Positions 1 through 12,589 of a DNA stretch of 64,000 nucleotides are shown piece after piece (position 1 is the first letter of the stretch; each line of letters opens with the position of its first letter). This stretch comes from Callorhinchus milii (taxonomy: Eukaryota): positions 48,796,001-48,860,000 of the forward strand of contig NW_024704743.1 in NCBI RefSeq assembly GCF_018977255.1, read 5' to 3'. Position numbers and translations under genes: made by a program. The notes under the pieces are model-generated. The model was not told the origin of the DNA and did no database searches. It saw only the letters and a list, made by a program, of their open reading frames with translations.

Positions 1-210
1 TGATATATGTCTATGTATATGCATAGAAAAAGATATAGTGATAGCACTCACAAACCATTTAACATGCGATAAACACTGTGTGTACACCTTAAGCAAAACT
101 GCCATACATGTACAATGAGCTTGTTTGGGTCACAGCTCATGAACGATAGAAGATGTTATCAAAGCTATGCTAACCAAGGGGTTTATTGTGTGATCCAGCA
201 GGTCTTCAAG

Positions 211-750
211 TTATTGCAAGGCTTCTGTGGAGTAAGGAGGTCGGAGAGGTAGCTTTTCCTCCTTCGGCCATGATGTACAGGTTTTGAGATGAACCTACAT
301 GTGAGCATCCAACATAGAATTGTCCCTGGGAAAAGCAGGGTGTACTCAAGAAAAGGCCAGCAACCTTTAAGTTCTGCCCCTGGGCCTTGTTAATTGACAC
401 AGCAAAGCAAAGCACATTCAAACAGGGTATTGGAACCTTTTGAACTCAAACCGGCAGTCACTTGGGAGCAGTGGGATGCGAGGACTGAATACATCTTCCC
501 CTTTGAACTGATCAGTTAGAATAGTTGCTTCTATAACATGTGGCATCAACTGCTTTACCACCAACCTTGTGCCATTGCATAGCTTCAGTGTATGTAACTT
601 CCTCAGTAGCATGATTATGCATCCAACCTTTAGTATGAGTTTGTGTGGAGGCATAACGATCGGATGGTTCCAAAGAGTTTAAACACTCAGTTGGATAGTT
701 GACAGCATTTTTGATGTCAGGAACAATATCTTTGGACGTGTACACAGTTT
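211..750 (-). mobile_element. Helitron Rep/Helicase C-terminal (PIF1-like helicase) fragment, frameshifted
   Basis: Three consecutive minus-strand ORFs stitch into YTSKDIV..AVNYPTECLNSLEPS / PPHKLILKVGCIIMLLRKL..KLCNGTRLVVKQLMPHVIEATILT..FKGEDVFSPRIPLLPSD..FEFKRFQYPV / LCFAVSINKAQGQNLKVAGL.L..PCFSQGQFYVGCS.V. These are the typical Helitron helicase motifs, ending EALQ* (TAA at 211-213). Confidence 0.92.
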
Positions 751-857
751 ATTGTCCTTCTCTCTTTTGTCTGACATTTTTATTTGTCCTTGAAAGGCTT
801 GACCTTCACTTCTTAGGCATCTTTATCCCTTAAGATTAAGAAAATGTGCTATTGCGA

Positions 858-922
858 GGACTCCTGTTGGTAGGATCCTGTGGAAGGACTCTTGGTTGGG
901 AGGACTCCTGTGGGAGGACTCT
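858..922. repeat. Short degenerate tandem repeat (~14-16 bp unit, ggactcctgtggga-like)
   Basis: ggactcctgttggta/ggatcctgtggaa/ggactcttggttggga/ggactcctgtggga/ggactct seen directly. Confidence 0.7.
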
Positions 923-1119
923 AGCTCCCATGACAACCCAAAACAATTGCCATACATTTGTTGCAGAATATATTGGTATAGATGTATCTTTCCAGAAGGA
1001 AGTGCGCTTTCCTCTGTCACTACTTTGTTGTAGAGTACCATGCATACCTCATATTTGGGGGCTTAATTAAAGCATTTTTTAAATATAGCTCATCAACGAT
1101 AGGATATCCACAAATAAAA

Positions 1120-2687
1120 ACATATATAGGGTCTTAAATTTAAATAAAGTCAACTTCGCAGGTATGAGAGAAGATTTGGCTAAAATAGAATGGGAAATTA
1201 GATTTAAAAATATGACGGTAGACCAGCAATGGCAAACGTTTAAAGATATAATACATAATTCCCAGCAATCACATATTTTCTTGAAAAATAAAAATACCAT
1301 GGGAAAAATGGTTCAACTTTGGCTAACCAGAGAAGTTAGGGAAAGTATAAAATTAAAAGAAGAGGCCTATAATACTGTCGAAAAGAGCAGTAAACCTGAG
1401 TATAGGGAGGGCTTTAGAGATCAGCAAAAGGAAAACCAAGAAACTGTTTAAGAGGGAGAAAATGGAATATGAGGGTAAACTAGCTAGGAACATAAAGACA
1501 GATTGTAAGAGTATTTACAAGTACATAAAGAGGAAGAGACTATCAAAAGTGAATGTGGGTCCAGTGCAGGCAGAGACAGGAGAAATTATAATGGGGAATA
1601 AAGAAATGGCAGAGTCATTAAACAAATATTTCGCTTCTGTCTTTACGTTAGAGGTCACTGAAAACCTACTGAATATAGAGGGGAACCTGGAGGCTAATGT
1701 TAGTGAGGAACTTAAAGAAATGATACATCAGTAAAGCAACAGTACTAGAGAAATTCATGGATGATACGAAGCTAGGTGGAGTGTAAGCAGTGAGGATGAC
1801 ACAAGAAGAATGCAAAGGGAAATAGACAGGCTAGGTGAGTGGGCAAGAAGGTGGCAGATGGAGTATAACATGGGGAAGTGTGAAGTTATTCACCTAGATA
1901 ATAAAAATAGAAAAGTGGATTATTTTCTAGAGGGGGAGAGACTAGGTAGTGTTAGTGTTCAGAGGCCTTTGGGTATCCTTGTACACCAGTCACAAAAAGT
2001 TAGCATGCAGGTACAGCAAGCAACTAGGAAGACTAATGCCATGTTGGCGTTCGTTGCAAAAGGGTTAGAGTACAAGAGTAGGGAAATCTTGCTGCAGTTG
2101 TATAAAGCCTTGGTGAGATCGCACCTGGAATATTGTGTGCAGTTTTGATCTCCTTATTTAAGAAAGGACATACTCGCCTTAGAGAGGGTGCACTGTAGAT
2201 TCACTAGGTTGGTTCCTGGGATGAGGGGATTGACCTGTGAGGATAGGTTGAGCAAACTAGGCCTATATTCTCTAGAATATAGAAGAATTAGAGATGATCT
2301 TATAGAAACCTATACGATTCTTAAGGGTCTTGACAGGATAGATGCCGTGAGACTGTTTCCCCTGGTTGGAGAGTCTAAAACTAGGGGTCATAATCTCCAG
2401 ATTAAGGATCAGCCTTTTTGAACTGAGTTGAGGAAACATTTCTTCACTCAGAAGGTAGTGAATTTGTGGAATTCTCTACCCCAGAAAGCTGTGGATGCTC
2501 AGTCCTTGAACATATTCAAGACTGAGGTTGATAGATTTCTAAAGGATAGAGGGATTAAGGGATATGGGGATAGGGTGGGTAAATGGAATTAGGTTAGAAG
2601 ATCAGCCATGATCTTATTAAATGGCGGCACAGCCTCGAGGGGCTGAATTGCCTACTCCTGCTCCTACGTCTTATGGTCTTATGGTCT
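1120..2687 (+). mobile_element. CR1 LINE (shark-type), 5'-truncated ORF2 remnant with internal deletion of the RT core and an intact 3' tail
   Basis: ORFs give CR1 ORF2 peptides (MREDLAKIEWE..QWQTFK, EYEGKLARNIKTDCKSIYKYIKRKR, LNKYFASVFT, DDTKLGG, WQMEYNMGKCEVIH, LYKALVRSHLEYCVQF, TRGHNLQI). The 3' end gggctgaattgcctactcctgctcct followed by (tcttatgg) repeats is the CR1 hairpin plus 8-bp repeat tail. Confidence 0.95.
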
Positions 2688-2729
2688 AGTGTAAGACCCA
2701 GATTTTTGATCAGAATGCGCTCTGTGTTC

Positions 2730-2885
2730 AAAAACTTGCATTTATATAGTACTCTTCACTTAGGGTAAATGTTTCAGAGGACTGTACAGAGATGGGGTCA
2801 GATTCCAAGCAAGGGAGAGTGGGGGAGGGGGAGTGGCCATAGGCACAGTCAAACAGGTTCGTTTTAGGTGGGGCTTAAAGCCAGG
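2730..2885 (-). mobile_element. L2 LINE 3' tail fragment
   Basis: aacttgcatttatatagtactcttcac... followed by a purine-rich 3'UTR and ggcacagtcaaacagg, the reverse complement of the end of L2 ORF2 as in the 7596 copy. Confidence 0.7.
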
Positions 2886-3199
2886 TGATGTCAGGCTGAC
2901 TTGATAATCTGGAAGTTAGACAATTATTTACGCTTTGCTAGTTACATGGTGCTGAGATATTGGACCTGGACAACCACGTTATAACAAGCATTGTCCTGTT
3001 CTTGCTCTCTCTCTGGCAACTCATGTTTTTCTGCTGTGGTATTATTCCGAGTGTGCAGGTACTTTACTCAACTGGCCAGTATTGATGTGTGTGCCTTGAC
3101 AGGCTATTTGACCACCTTCAGAGCCTTGCTTAATACAAAAACTTGCATTTATGTAGCACCCTTCACGTGAGGTAGCATCCCGGAGCGCTTGACAGTGGT

Positions 3200-3431
3200 G
3201 AAGTCTGACCCTGATACTCTCCTTAATCCTACTCCACACACTTTCTAGCAGGACATTGATTAGGAGCAGAGACCATGACTGATTTTTCCTGTTCCGAACC
3301 CAGCAACATTGATATTGTTGCTCCTAACCAATGCCCCTCTGAGATCAGTTAGCTCAAAAGAGAGAATGTGAATCTGTGTGCTCATGCCCTGTGTGCCTCA
3401 GTCACTTTTCTCACTTGACTTTGAGGGAGCT
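3200..3431 (-). mobile_element. LF-SINE-like element, degraded
   Basis: The reverse complement matches the 17045 copy and the remembered LF-SINE consensus (gagctaactgatctcag; gaaaaatcagtcatgg; ctgctagaaagtgtgtgtgg). Confidence 0.65.
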
Positions 3432-5154
3432 TCTGATAGTAATAGGATAAAGAAATGTGTCACAGGCTTTGGGCAGTTTTGTTGGAACCAGTTCTAGTAA
3501 CTGCTCTGAAAGTTTCCATGTCGGTTGCAGTGCTGAAGTTATACATCAGAAGGCGTTATACCCGCACCTGCATTGTGCAGACTCTTCCTGGTATTGATGC
3601 ACAGATTTGACCAGTAAAAAAGCCACAAAATGAGGCCACTAATGCTCCCATCAGTTGTACTTCTCTTTGCAAACCTAACAAGATATCTCCTCAGACAGCA
3701 ACATACCTGAGAGCTGCAGCAAAGTCTGGCATAGATTGCACAGATGTTTATGAAGGAGTTTTGATAGTACAGTATAATCCTTAATAGGTCAAAATACTAA
3801 AAAAAAGTGAAGTACTTTTCTGTTGGAAATAAATCTCTCAGTTTGAAGTAGATGCTGCTAAGATCACGCTTCTCTCTCCTGTCGTCCAGCTTTGCTTCCC
3901 CTGAGGATCCTTACTGAACAGGAGTGCTCCAGATAATGGCGCTGTAGTGTGGCTTTTCACTGGCGTTTGATGCTTTTGCAAACTCAATAAATCCCCCCGA
4001 GAGCTGATTAAAATGTTTTGTTCCTGAGGCATTACCAGTGGTTTTCAGGAAGATTAATGTGGTGTTGATCTTCCCTACAGTAACCCTGTATAGAATCCAA
4101 ACAGCAGGCTCACTTGCAAGCCTCGAAGTGGCTGCTGTTTCCCAATCAATGCAAGTTCACAGAGGCTAGCAGCTGATTAAGCACTATCACTATTCATGTT
4201 GTCTTTAGGTAGTGTAGTAGTGACAGCCAGTGAGTCTCGAACACTTGTTAATGTGTCTGCTATCGACAGCAAGCTTTTTTCACTGGATGATGCAGTATGA
4301 ATGTACTATTGCCTGGATGCTGGTTGAGGAACCAGTGAAGTGTTGCAAAGTGAAGCAAGGTCATTGTAATTAACCTATTACTTAACTCAAGCAATACACA
4401 GTGCGGAATTTTCTTTCTCTTTAAAGGTTTTTGTATTATAGGAAATTATTGCAATCAGTACTTTTTCTAAACATTTTAAGATGCAAGAAAAATACTGTGC
4501 TAAGCATTTGCCTGTTTGTCTGTGTCTGTCAGGGGCCATTTGACAGTTGATATCACCATCATTGTAAGTGTGTTGGATCAAGAATTGGGGTGCATGGCTC
4601 ATTCACTCATTCTGAGCCCATTTTAGTTATTCATCTGGCTTAGCTGTGCTTAGTTGAACAGGAGAGTTCTGAGACACTACAGTATTTCAAAAGCATTTCT
4701 TTGGCTTTCCCTTTCCTGGTGCACAAATAATCATCTGAATAGCACAGCATGGGCGAGAACTCTCAAAGCATTACAATATCTTTAACTTAATTTTAAAATT
4801 CCCCACTTGCTATTATTCTTCTTTTCTCATATCACAGGCCATTTGTTGGCTGAGACTGAGCCTATCCAGATCTCTGCCTTCCCCCTCTGTAACTACCTAA
4901 TAATAATGCTTGCATTTGAGATTGCATTGTAACATTGAGAACACTTTTCACAGATTTGTCTGCAAAGTATGGTGTCTATGTTTTTTGTAGGTAAATGCGG
5001 CAGCTAATTTGAGAGATCAGTTGCCCTCCACCCTGTGGAAAATGCAGGAAATTTTCCATTCTCCAAAACTTAAAGATAATACAATATCTTCTTGTTTTAA
5101 ATGGAAATGATCTACATTAGTAGTAATTGTGACCTTTTTGGTTTTGATCCTTTA

Positions 5155-5325
5155 CTCTCCTCTTCTTCTATCTTAAAAGCTTTGGCTCATCCTGGTTATA
5201 GTACTATGTGACTAGGGATGGAAAATTGTTAGAGGGGTCAATCCAGTTGACCCTGAGCCGATTCTCACCCAAAATCCACCATTGCTCACTTTCTTGTATG
5301 GCTCATTTCATGAGCTGAGATCAGG
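5155..5325 (-). mobile_element. LF-SINE-like fragment, heavily degraded
   Basis: ccctgagccgattctcaccc and gctgagatcagg correspond to the reverse complement of LF-SINE body motifs. Confidence 0.45.
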
Positions 5326-5421
5326 TGTGTTCAATAATACATGTGATGTGAACTCTCTCTCAGGAGTTTGGAGAAGTGGGAATCTCACTACAAATAAGTA
5401 GTATTAAGATTACTGTTTAAG

Positions 5422-5540
5422 ATTAATAATAATAAGATTACTGTTTTCAGTGATAGGTGCATAATAATAATATTATTATTAATATTATTATTAATTAATA
5501 TTAATAATAATAAGATTACTGTTTTCAGTGATAGGTGCAT
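5422..5540. repeat. 41-bp exact direct duplication separated by an AT-only spacer
   Basis: attaataataataagattactgttttcagtgataggtgcat at 5422-5462 and 5500-5540. Confidence 0.9.
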
Positions 5541-6476
5541 GGAGACTCTTTTTATGCTATCAGCTCGATTCAAACACAGCTGTCTCTGCAACCTTGCTAC
5601 CACCCCAAAAAGAAATATTTTAGTATGATATAAAAATATCTTAAAATCTATAGCATATGATTTAAATATATATATAGTGTTCAGTATTTCTAAATATGTT
5701 CCATTGCCATATTATCACCTGGCATAATTATGGAGTAAAATACAGTTAGAAATACCTATATATATTTTTATAGAATATAAGTAGCTGATCACACTATGGA
5801 CTATAAACAAGGTTTGGCATTTGGGTGATGGTATAAACTGCTTGATCTTTACATGGTTTATAACTTCATTTGAACTCAAGTTGGGTTGTTCATTCTTATT
5901 CTGTGTGCAATCTGCTGATTTGGACATACACTTTAATTAGCCTGTGTTTTTAGTGCTTCTCAGTACTGTATGCTGAGTTCAAGTTTGAAAGCTCATTTAT
6001 ATGACCAGGGATTGTGAAGCTCAGAGTGACAAAGTTCCCACCAGAGTCTAACTTTAGCAGCATCTGCCAGCACGAGGGCTAAGGGACAGCAGATACCATG
6101 TTTCCACACTACCTGTGTAACTTCCCTTCCAGGTAGACAGGAGAATTAACATTTAACTCAGATTTCCTCCTTTACATATTTTTTTTTTCGACGTGATGTG
6201 AAATCTTTCCACCTTGGAGAACAGAATCACATTTCAGGAATCAGATTTGAAAAATCGAGACTCTGAACAGCTGTACTTTTGGGAATCCACGAGCCATGTG
6301 TGTATATATAGATATATACACACTGACAGCTCTGCACCATCAGATGATGGACCACAGAGGATCAGAAGATGTGGAGAAGCAGATACACACCACCAGGACT
6401 GCAGGGTTCACAGTGCTCAATGCCTTTCAGCCTCCATCTGTGGCAAAGGATGAGAGATTTGTGGCATTGGGATCCC

Positions 6477-6490
6477 GTTACTATGGCAAC
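6477..6490. promoter_or_regulatory. RFX X-box motif (candidate)
   Basis: GTTACTATGGCAAC fits the palindromic RFX consensus GTT(R)C(Y)ATGG(Y)AAC and lies in unique, non-repeat sequence. Confidence 0.5.
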
Positions 6491-7209
6491 AACAGCTTAT
6501 AATATTTTTTTCCGTTTGGCAGGCATATAAAAATTCAGCATTTAGAGCTTTGCATAGTGGATGATTTAAAATTCACATGCATTTAGCATAATGCCATGAT
6601 TCAATTAATGGAATGGCATCAGATAAAATAGTTTTGCATTCCTTTCCTGTTACCTGTCGCCTTGCAGTTAATAACCCAGCGCTAGAAAGGTTATGCGCCC
6701 CATTGCTATGTCGTGTTAATGTTTGCACTGGGCCCACTTGTGACCTCCCTTTTGCTTTGGCATGTTTCAAAGCTGAACATCATAATGCCTGCTGCCAGTT
6801 AGACTGGGATAATTAATGAGATGAGTGCAGTCCAATGCTGAGGGCAGTGCTCCACTTCAGCCTTAGACTGAGCCACGGGACAGCTTGTTTCCTGAGTCAA
6901 TACTGATACCCCAATGCTAACAACAGGCTTCTATTGATCAATGTCCTGTGCTAATTACTGGTGGTGCCTGTGTGAGATTGGCCCTCCAAGATTATAACTC
7001 TTAGCCTTGCGGGCAAACTCTGATAATCACACAACATTTTAAACAGGATAGAGGGGGCGGAGGGTAGAATGTACTTTAAACAGGCTACAAGCCTTATTTC
7101 AGGGGAGTTGGTGATTGTGGTGTCTGTGTGTATGGGGGGAACACACACAGATCACTATTCAGAAAGGAAAGGCAGACACTCCCGCGGTTCTCACTCACCA
7201 CTTCTGCAG

Positions 7210-7490
7210 TCACAACAGTTTGCATTTATGTAGCGTCTTACCTCAGGAGAACATCTCAAAGTGTTTCACACAGCTGACTAGGAGCACGTGGGGTGAGGGT
7301 GTTGGTAAAGTGGCCGAAAGCGTGGTCACAAAGATCGGTTTTAAGATGACGAGAGGAGGGGCAAGGCGAAGGGATTCTGAGATGGAGTTCCAGGGATTGG
7401 GGGGAGGAGGGTTAGATGGCTGAAAGCTTGCCCATTGATGGTGTGTGGAATGGGCGGGCGACATGAAGCAGGCCTATCAAGGTCAATATA
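7210..7490 (-). mobile_element. L2 LINE 3' fragment, old
   Basis: Tail caacagtttgcatttatgtagcgtc plus the reverse of W(N)SI and HTINGQAFS ORF2-end motifs. Confidence 0.7.
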
Positions 7491-7595
7491 ATTAGTAGGA
7501 TGTCTATAAATACCCTCCAGGGTGGGGGACTCAAATCCCATTTTTGATGGTTGACCATTACGTCTGGCTCATCAGTAGGATTTAGAGGTGTAAAC

Positions 7596-8323
7596 CTCGC
7601 CAGATTACGGCACTACCTCACCCCTCACGCCGCTGAAACCCTGGTTCACGCCTTTGTCACCTCAAGGCTGGACTATGGGAACTCTCTCCTCGCCGGCCTT
7701 CCCGCCACCTCCCTCCACAAGCTGCAGGTCATTCAGAACTCTGCAGCTCGTGTACTGTCCCGCACCAGGCTTCGGGACCACATCACTCCTACCCTCGCTC
7801 ACCTCCACTGGCTCCCCATCCCCCAGAGGATTGATTTCAAGATCCTCATCCTCACCTATAAGGCCATTCACGGCCTTGCTCCCTCCTACCTCTCCAACCT
7901 ACTATCCCCCTACCTACCTGCCCGTACCCTCCGTTCCTCTGGCTCCGGTCTGCTCCACGTCCCCCGCCCCAACCGCCCTACTATCGGTGGTCGGGCCTTC
8001 AGCCTCTCAGCCCCCAGGCTCTGGAACTCCATCCCCCAGTGCCTTGGCCTTGCTTCCTCCCTTTCCTCCTTCAAGGCCGGTCTCAAAACCTTTCTCTTTG
8101 ACCGTGCCTTCAGCTCCCCTCTCGACTCTCTTCCTCCTCCTCGCTCCCTCCCTTCCCTCCCCTCACCCTGACCATTTCCCCCCTCCTCTCTCCCTCCCTT
8201 CCCTCCCCTCACCCTGACCATTTCCCCCCTGCTCGGGTCATGACCCAACTGTGCAGCGCCTTGGGACGTCCTCCTGACGTGAAAGGCGCTTTATAAATGG
8301 AATCTTGTTGTTGTTGTTGTTGT
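7596..8323 (+). mobile_element. L2 LINE, young 5'-truncated copy (ORF2 C-terminus, 3'UTR, (TTG)n tail)
   Basis: Uninterrupted frame [89 protein letters not shown]. The tail is gcgccttgggacgtc..gacgtgaaaggcgctttataaatggaatc(ttg)n, and a candidate TSD tgtaaac lies at 7589-7595 and 8324-8330. Confidence 0.96.
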
Positions 8324-10957
8324 TGTAAACGTATGAATGACCTTGACAGTCAAAACAGCATAAGACTTTGGTTACCAGTAAACTGTGTACCTTGGCCTTT
8401 TGGTTAAGATCAAGTGTAGTATCTGTTTGTATCAATTACTCCTTGGGATATGCACCTGCCGGAAAGATTTCCTGTTGAAATTCACTTGTGTTTACATTGC
8501 CATGACTGATTCTCCCCATAATGTATTATGGGAGGATTGAGCTCCTGGCAGATAAAGTAACTATGCCTTTGGCCTGCTGTTGGCTGGATCGGTATTGCAG
8601 TATTTCTGATCTGAGGAGTTTGATCTGCCCTCACACAGTGGAAGTGGAGACACTAGCTTGAGTACTTGGGCCACTTAGGCTCAGGCTGGAGAGGCAATCG
8701 GGTTACCTGATTTGCTCAGGTGGTTATGAAGATGGTTATCAGGTCCACATTGTCCCTTGACAATTTGGGACATGGAGAGTTTGGGAGGTAAAAGGGTTGT
8801 CTGCGGGGATAATCCTCATTCCCCTGAGGAACACATTTTGGTCTAATTCAGCTTAAAGTGGGGTAAATGGGGCCTAATCTTGCTCACCAACAAAATTAGT
8901 ATTGCCAAAGCAGTGACGGCAGAACCATTTGTGCAGCATCAGAGAGAGGTACAAATAATGTAGGGAGAGCAGAAAAGTCAATGTCCTGTTTACACTTTGG
9001 TGCCTTTCAAAAATAACACAATTGGCCATTTTGAGAAGATGACAAATTAAGCAGTGTGCGACATTTGCAATTAGCTCATCAAATACGGTTTGCAAATGTC
9101 ACAAATTAGACATGATATTTCTTTAAATTAGTATCACAGATTAGGTTTCAAAACATTAATTCAAATTTCCATCTTCCAAATTTTCTGGCCAAGTTGCTGT
9201 TCCACCCGTTTTAAACAAAACATGCAATAGTTCAAATAACTGACATAAACCTTTTCCAAGAGGCTGAGTAAAAATAAACTTGTTCTCTAAATGTGTTGGA
9301 CCATGGCCATTTTGATAATCATCGTCTTGGCCTTTAGTGCTGTAGAACTGGAACAGATTGTAAGCTGTAGTGCGTGTATATATGTGTGCGTGCGTGTATA
9401 TGGGACATTCTCCTGACATAAAGGCACTTTACAAATGCAATTTTGTATTGTATATGTATTTTTGTATATACACTTCTCTACCTCTCTTTCTGTCTTTAAG
9501 TCCCGCTTTAAAACCTACGTCTTGAACCACAACCATAGTCATCTCCCCATCTGCTTTCCTCCCACCCCCCAACCCTATTCTATGTGAAGGGTGCTATATA
9601 AATGCAAGTTGATGTACTTGTGTGTGTCTATGTATGTGTATGCACAAGTCTAGGTTATGTATATGTGTATATTGTGTGGAAGTTAATAGGGTGAAAAATT
9701 TAATTTTCATAACAAATTCTATGTGATTGTTTGATTCAATTTGAATCTGTTTCGAACATTTTTCTATCTATTCATATTATTATATATTATTCATATAGAC
9801 TGGTCACAAGTATGAAGCTCACTCCCTGCATCATTGTTTCATTGTATCTGTTATGAAACGTTGCATTTTTCACCTCATGGTTTCTTATTTAATAATAATA
9901 ATTCTTTCATTTGGTATAGCGCCTTTCACATCGGGAGGACGTCCTAAGCTTCACGGGATATACTGTGAAGTGGATTGACTGTGTGCTTGTGGGTGAACGT
10001 GGCAGCCAATTAGTTTATGGCAATTTCAATCCCTGCCTGTTTTTTGTCTTGATTCCATTCACCACCAGTCAATGCTCAGTCATGCCCTCAAGTTAGAATT
10101 CCTGATGTTTGGATTTTTCATTGGAAACATGAAACAAACGATGGTGAGTGTGTGTGTGTATGGGCTGGGGTGGTGGGGAGAGGGGGGGTGTTGGAGAAGT
10201 GCCACCAAATTGACTGCCAGAAAGATCCAACACATTAATCTTTCCTCCCCCCACCCTCCACCAGACAACCATCACAAAAGAAGGACAAAACATTTCAAGA
10301 AAATTGGATACAAAGTGCACACTCCAGTGAGCCACAAGGGATAGAGCATATTTCTTCCCAAACCACCAGTAAGCTAAGGCTGCCACTTTGCAGATGCAGT
10401 TTTATATTTGCCCTTTCCCTCTCTTCTCCCTCCCCTACACTTCACCCTGCCCTGGACCTGTCTCTCAGTTCAGGTCAATGCAAGCTCAGTGCATTATAAC
10501 TTTAGATATTGCTATCTAGACAGGAAAACATTTTCACTACATTTTATACACTAGCCTAGCTGATCAGAAATGCTTAATGATGCAGCAATTAAAACTTATG
10601 TGAGGTTTATAAGGAAGAAAAAGGAAGCTGCAGAATTGAATCTATTATTAGTAAGGAGTGGGTACCATCAGTAGCTGTGAATATTGATATTGGGTCTGAT
10701 TTGCTGTAAATATCACAAGCAATGCATTAGGAAATGTTGCAAATGTCATCCCTCTATGGATCTATAACCTTCCATTTCTGAAATTCATAACAGTATTAGT
10801 GAACTGTCTGGCCAGCTGCTTGGTCTGCCTTGGTATCTGTGAATTTGATCTGTCTCCAAACATTCTTTCCTACATAACTTGGTATAATCTACAAATCTAG
10901 ATATTCTCCCCTCACCTCAAACTTGGATCATTTGTAAGTACAGTATTCAATTGGCAA

Positions 10958-11110
10958 AAATTTCACTTAGTTTTAACCCTTAAGACATTTTGCTCTCAAA
11001 TTTTAAAATTGTGCAAAATTGTGGTAGATTCTTAAATGCAGTCCTAATCTGGAAGTTGTTTTTTGCAGTTCTTTTCAAAAGAACCGGCTGGTTTACGAAT
11101 TAGGATAGAG
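10958..11110. mobile_element. Palindromic MITE-like family copy (partial)
   Basis: Shares aatttcacttag..ttaagacattttg..aaattttaaaattgtg and taatctggaagttgttttttgcagttc..aaagaacc with the 53092 copy. Confidence 0.55.
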
Positions 11111-11210
11111 TTGTACAAACAGATTACAAAAATGATTCATCTGGGATTCTGCTAGTTAGGGGGCGTCCTATAACAATTACTACAGTTAATCATTATCCTT
11201 TACTGATCTA

Positions 11211-11516
11211 ATAATAATAATCCGTGCATTTGATATAGCGCTTTTCACGTCTTCTAGACATCTCAAAGAGCTTCACAGATAGACTGTAAAGTGAATTGAC
11301 TGTATATTTTGTGGGCAAAACGGGGCAGCCAATTGCACACAGCAGTGTTCCACAAACAGTTGTGGATGAATGACCAAATTATTATTGTTTTTTGAGGGAT
11401 TATTATTAGGCATGTAGAGTAAGGAAACTTGTCCAAGGTTTCACCCTGCTAGGAATCGAACCCAGGTCTCTCGCTTGTAAGGCGAGTGCTCTAACCACTG
11501 AACTACAGGAATCCAC
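11211..11516 (-). mobile_element. tRNA-derived Deu-type SINE (young family), full length
   Basis: Reverse complement: gtggattcctgtagttcagtggttagagcactcgcc..ggttcgattcc (Pol III A/B boxes), gggcaagtttccttactc-like block, tgtttgtgg..gctgtgtgcaattggctgcc, L2-like tail aagcgctatatcaaatgca..(att)n. Confidence 0.92.
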
Positions 11517-11639
11517 CTAAAGGTCCACAACTGTAAAGATCTACCGTTTATTATTTAGCCAATTTTTTATTCAACTTGTAACATCCTCCTTCATTCTCAA
11601 GGGCATTAGCTTTAAGCTGGAAGCACCTTATTAAATAGA

Positions 11640-12000
11640 TTCTCAAAGTCGAGAGACATAACATCCACCACATGAGTCTTGCCCACTAATTCTGTTACAT
11701 CTTCAAAGAATTGCAATACATTTTATTAGCCACAACTTGCCTTTCATAAACCTGTTTTTGGTTTTCAATGATAATTAAAGTATACTTCAGCTATTTTATT
11801 CCCCTATCACAGACTCCAGTGTTCCTGCTGTGGATGTTAGGTTAACAGCATCATGTTTCTGATCATTTTAAAAGCTGCAGTAATAACGCAGTTACAGTGT
11901 GGTAGAATGCTTCAGTTTGAACTCTCAGCTCCTGATCTCAGTAGCTTTGCCGGTGAAGACAGTATTGGATGAAAGAGCATCCTCAATTTCCTATTCTTGC
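11640..12000 (-). mobile_element. CR1 LINE ORF2 fragment, old
   Basis: Reverse-strand motifs resembling CR1 RT (acttgcctttcataaacc, ggatgttaggttaacagc, gtgaagacag) with many substitutions. Confidence 0.5.
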
Positions 12001-12589
12001 CCACTGTTGGGGGATGATATTGTTAGTAACCTTTTGGTGGGATACCTAACACTGGGGTAAAGGTAAGTTTGGAATTATTTGAATAGATTGATTTTGTTTT
12101 TGGTCCATCGGGTGTCTGACATATGCACAAGCCCAAATTCATGCTTAAGAGTCTCCAAACCAATTACTGAGAGCCATTTATGTATGGAAATTTCCCTTTT
12201 TAGTGCGCACTTTCTTCCAGGCAGGATGCACTCTACTCATCTAATACTAGAAAATATCGGGTGCAACTGGCAAGAGCGCAGGCTTGGGAGCCCAGAATGT
12301 GCATTGGGGGTACTGCTAGAGAATAACCAGCTAAAACAGTTTGTGAGTGCCAAGGCAATATTGGGTGGGAGCGATCCCTTGCGAGTCAGAGTGAGGGTGA
12401 TGGGATGCCAATTATTTGACCTTCTTAAACAGATTTGTTTCAAAAATGTATTCAGCATCTTCATGATTATTGAAGTATTTTTTAAAAAAACTAAATCTAA
12501 GTTAAAGGCAGCCTTTGGTTTCATAAAGCGCTGATAAAATCAGTTATAAAATTGTGTTAAATGAGTTAACTAACATAAGACAATCAACA

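Noticed and set aside
7551..8248. Overlapping 100-200 aa ORFs on both strands (and the 305 aa ORF at 24378)
   Set aside because: All lie inside C-rich L2 copies. The alternative frames are open because of base composition and are not host genes.
12079..12534. 151-aa ORF
   Set aside because: Non-ATG start, no homology recognised, AT-rich low-information ending.
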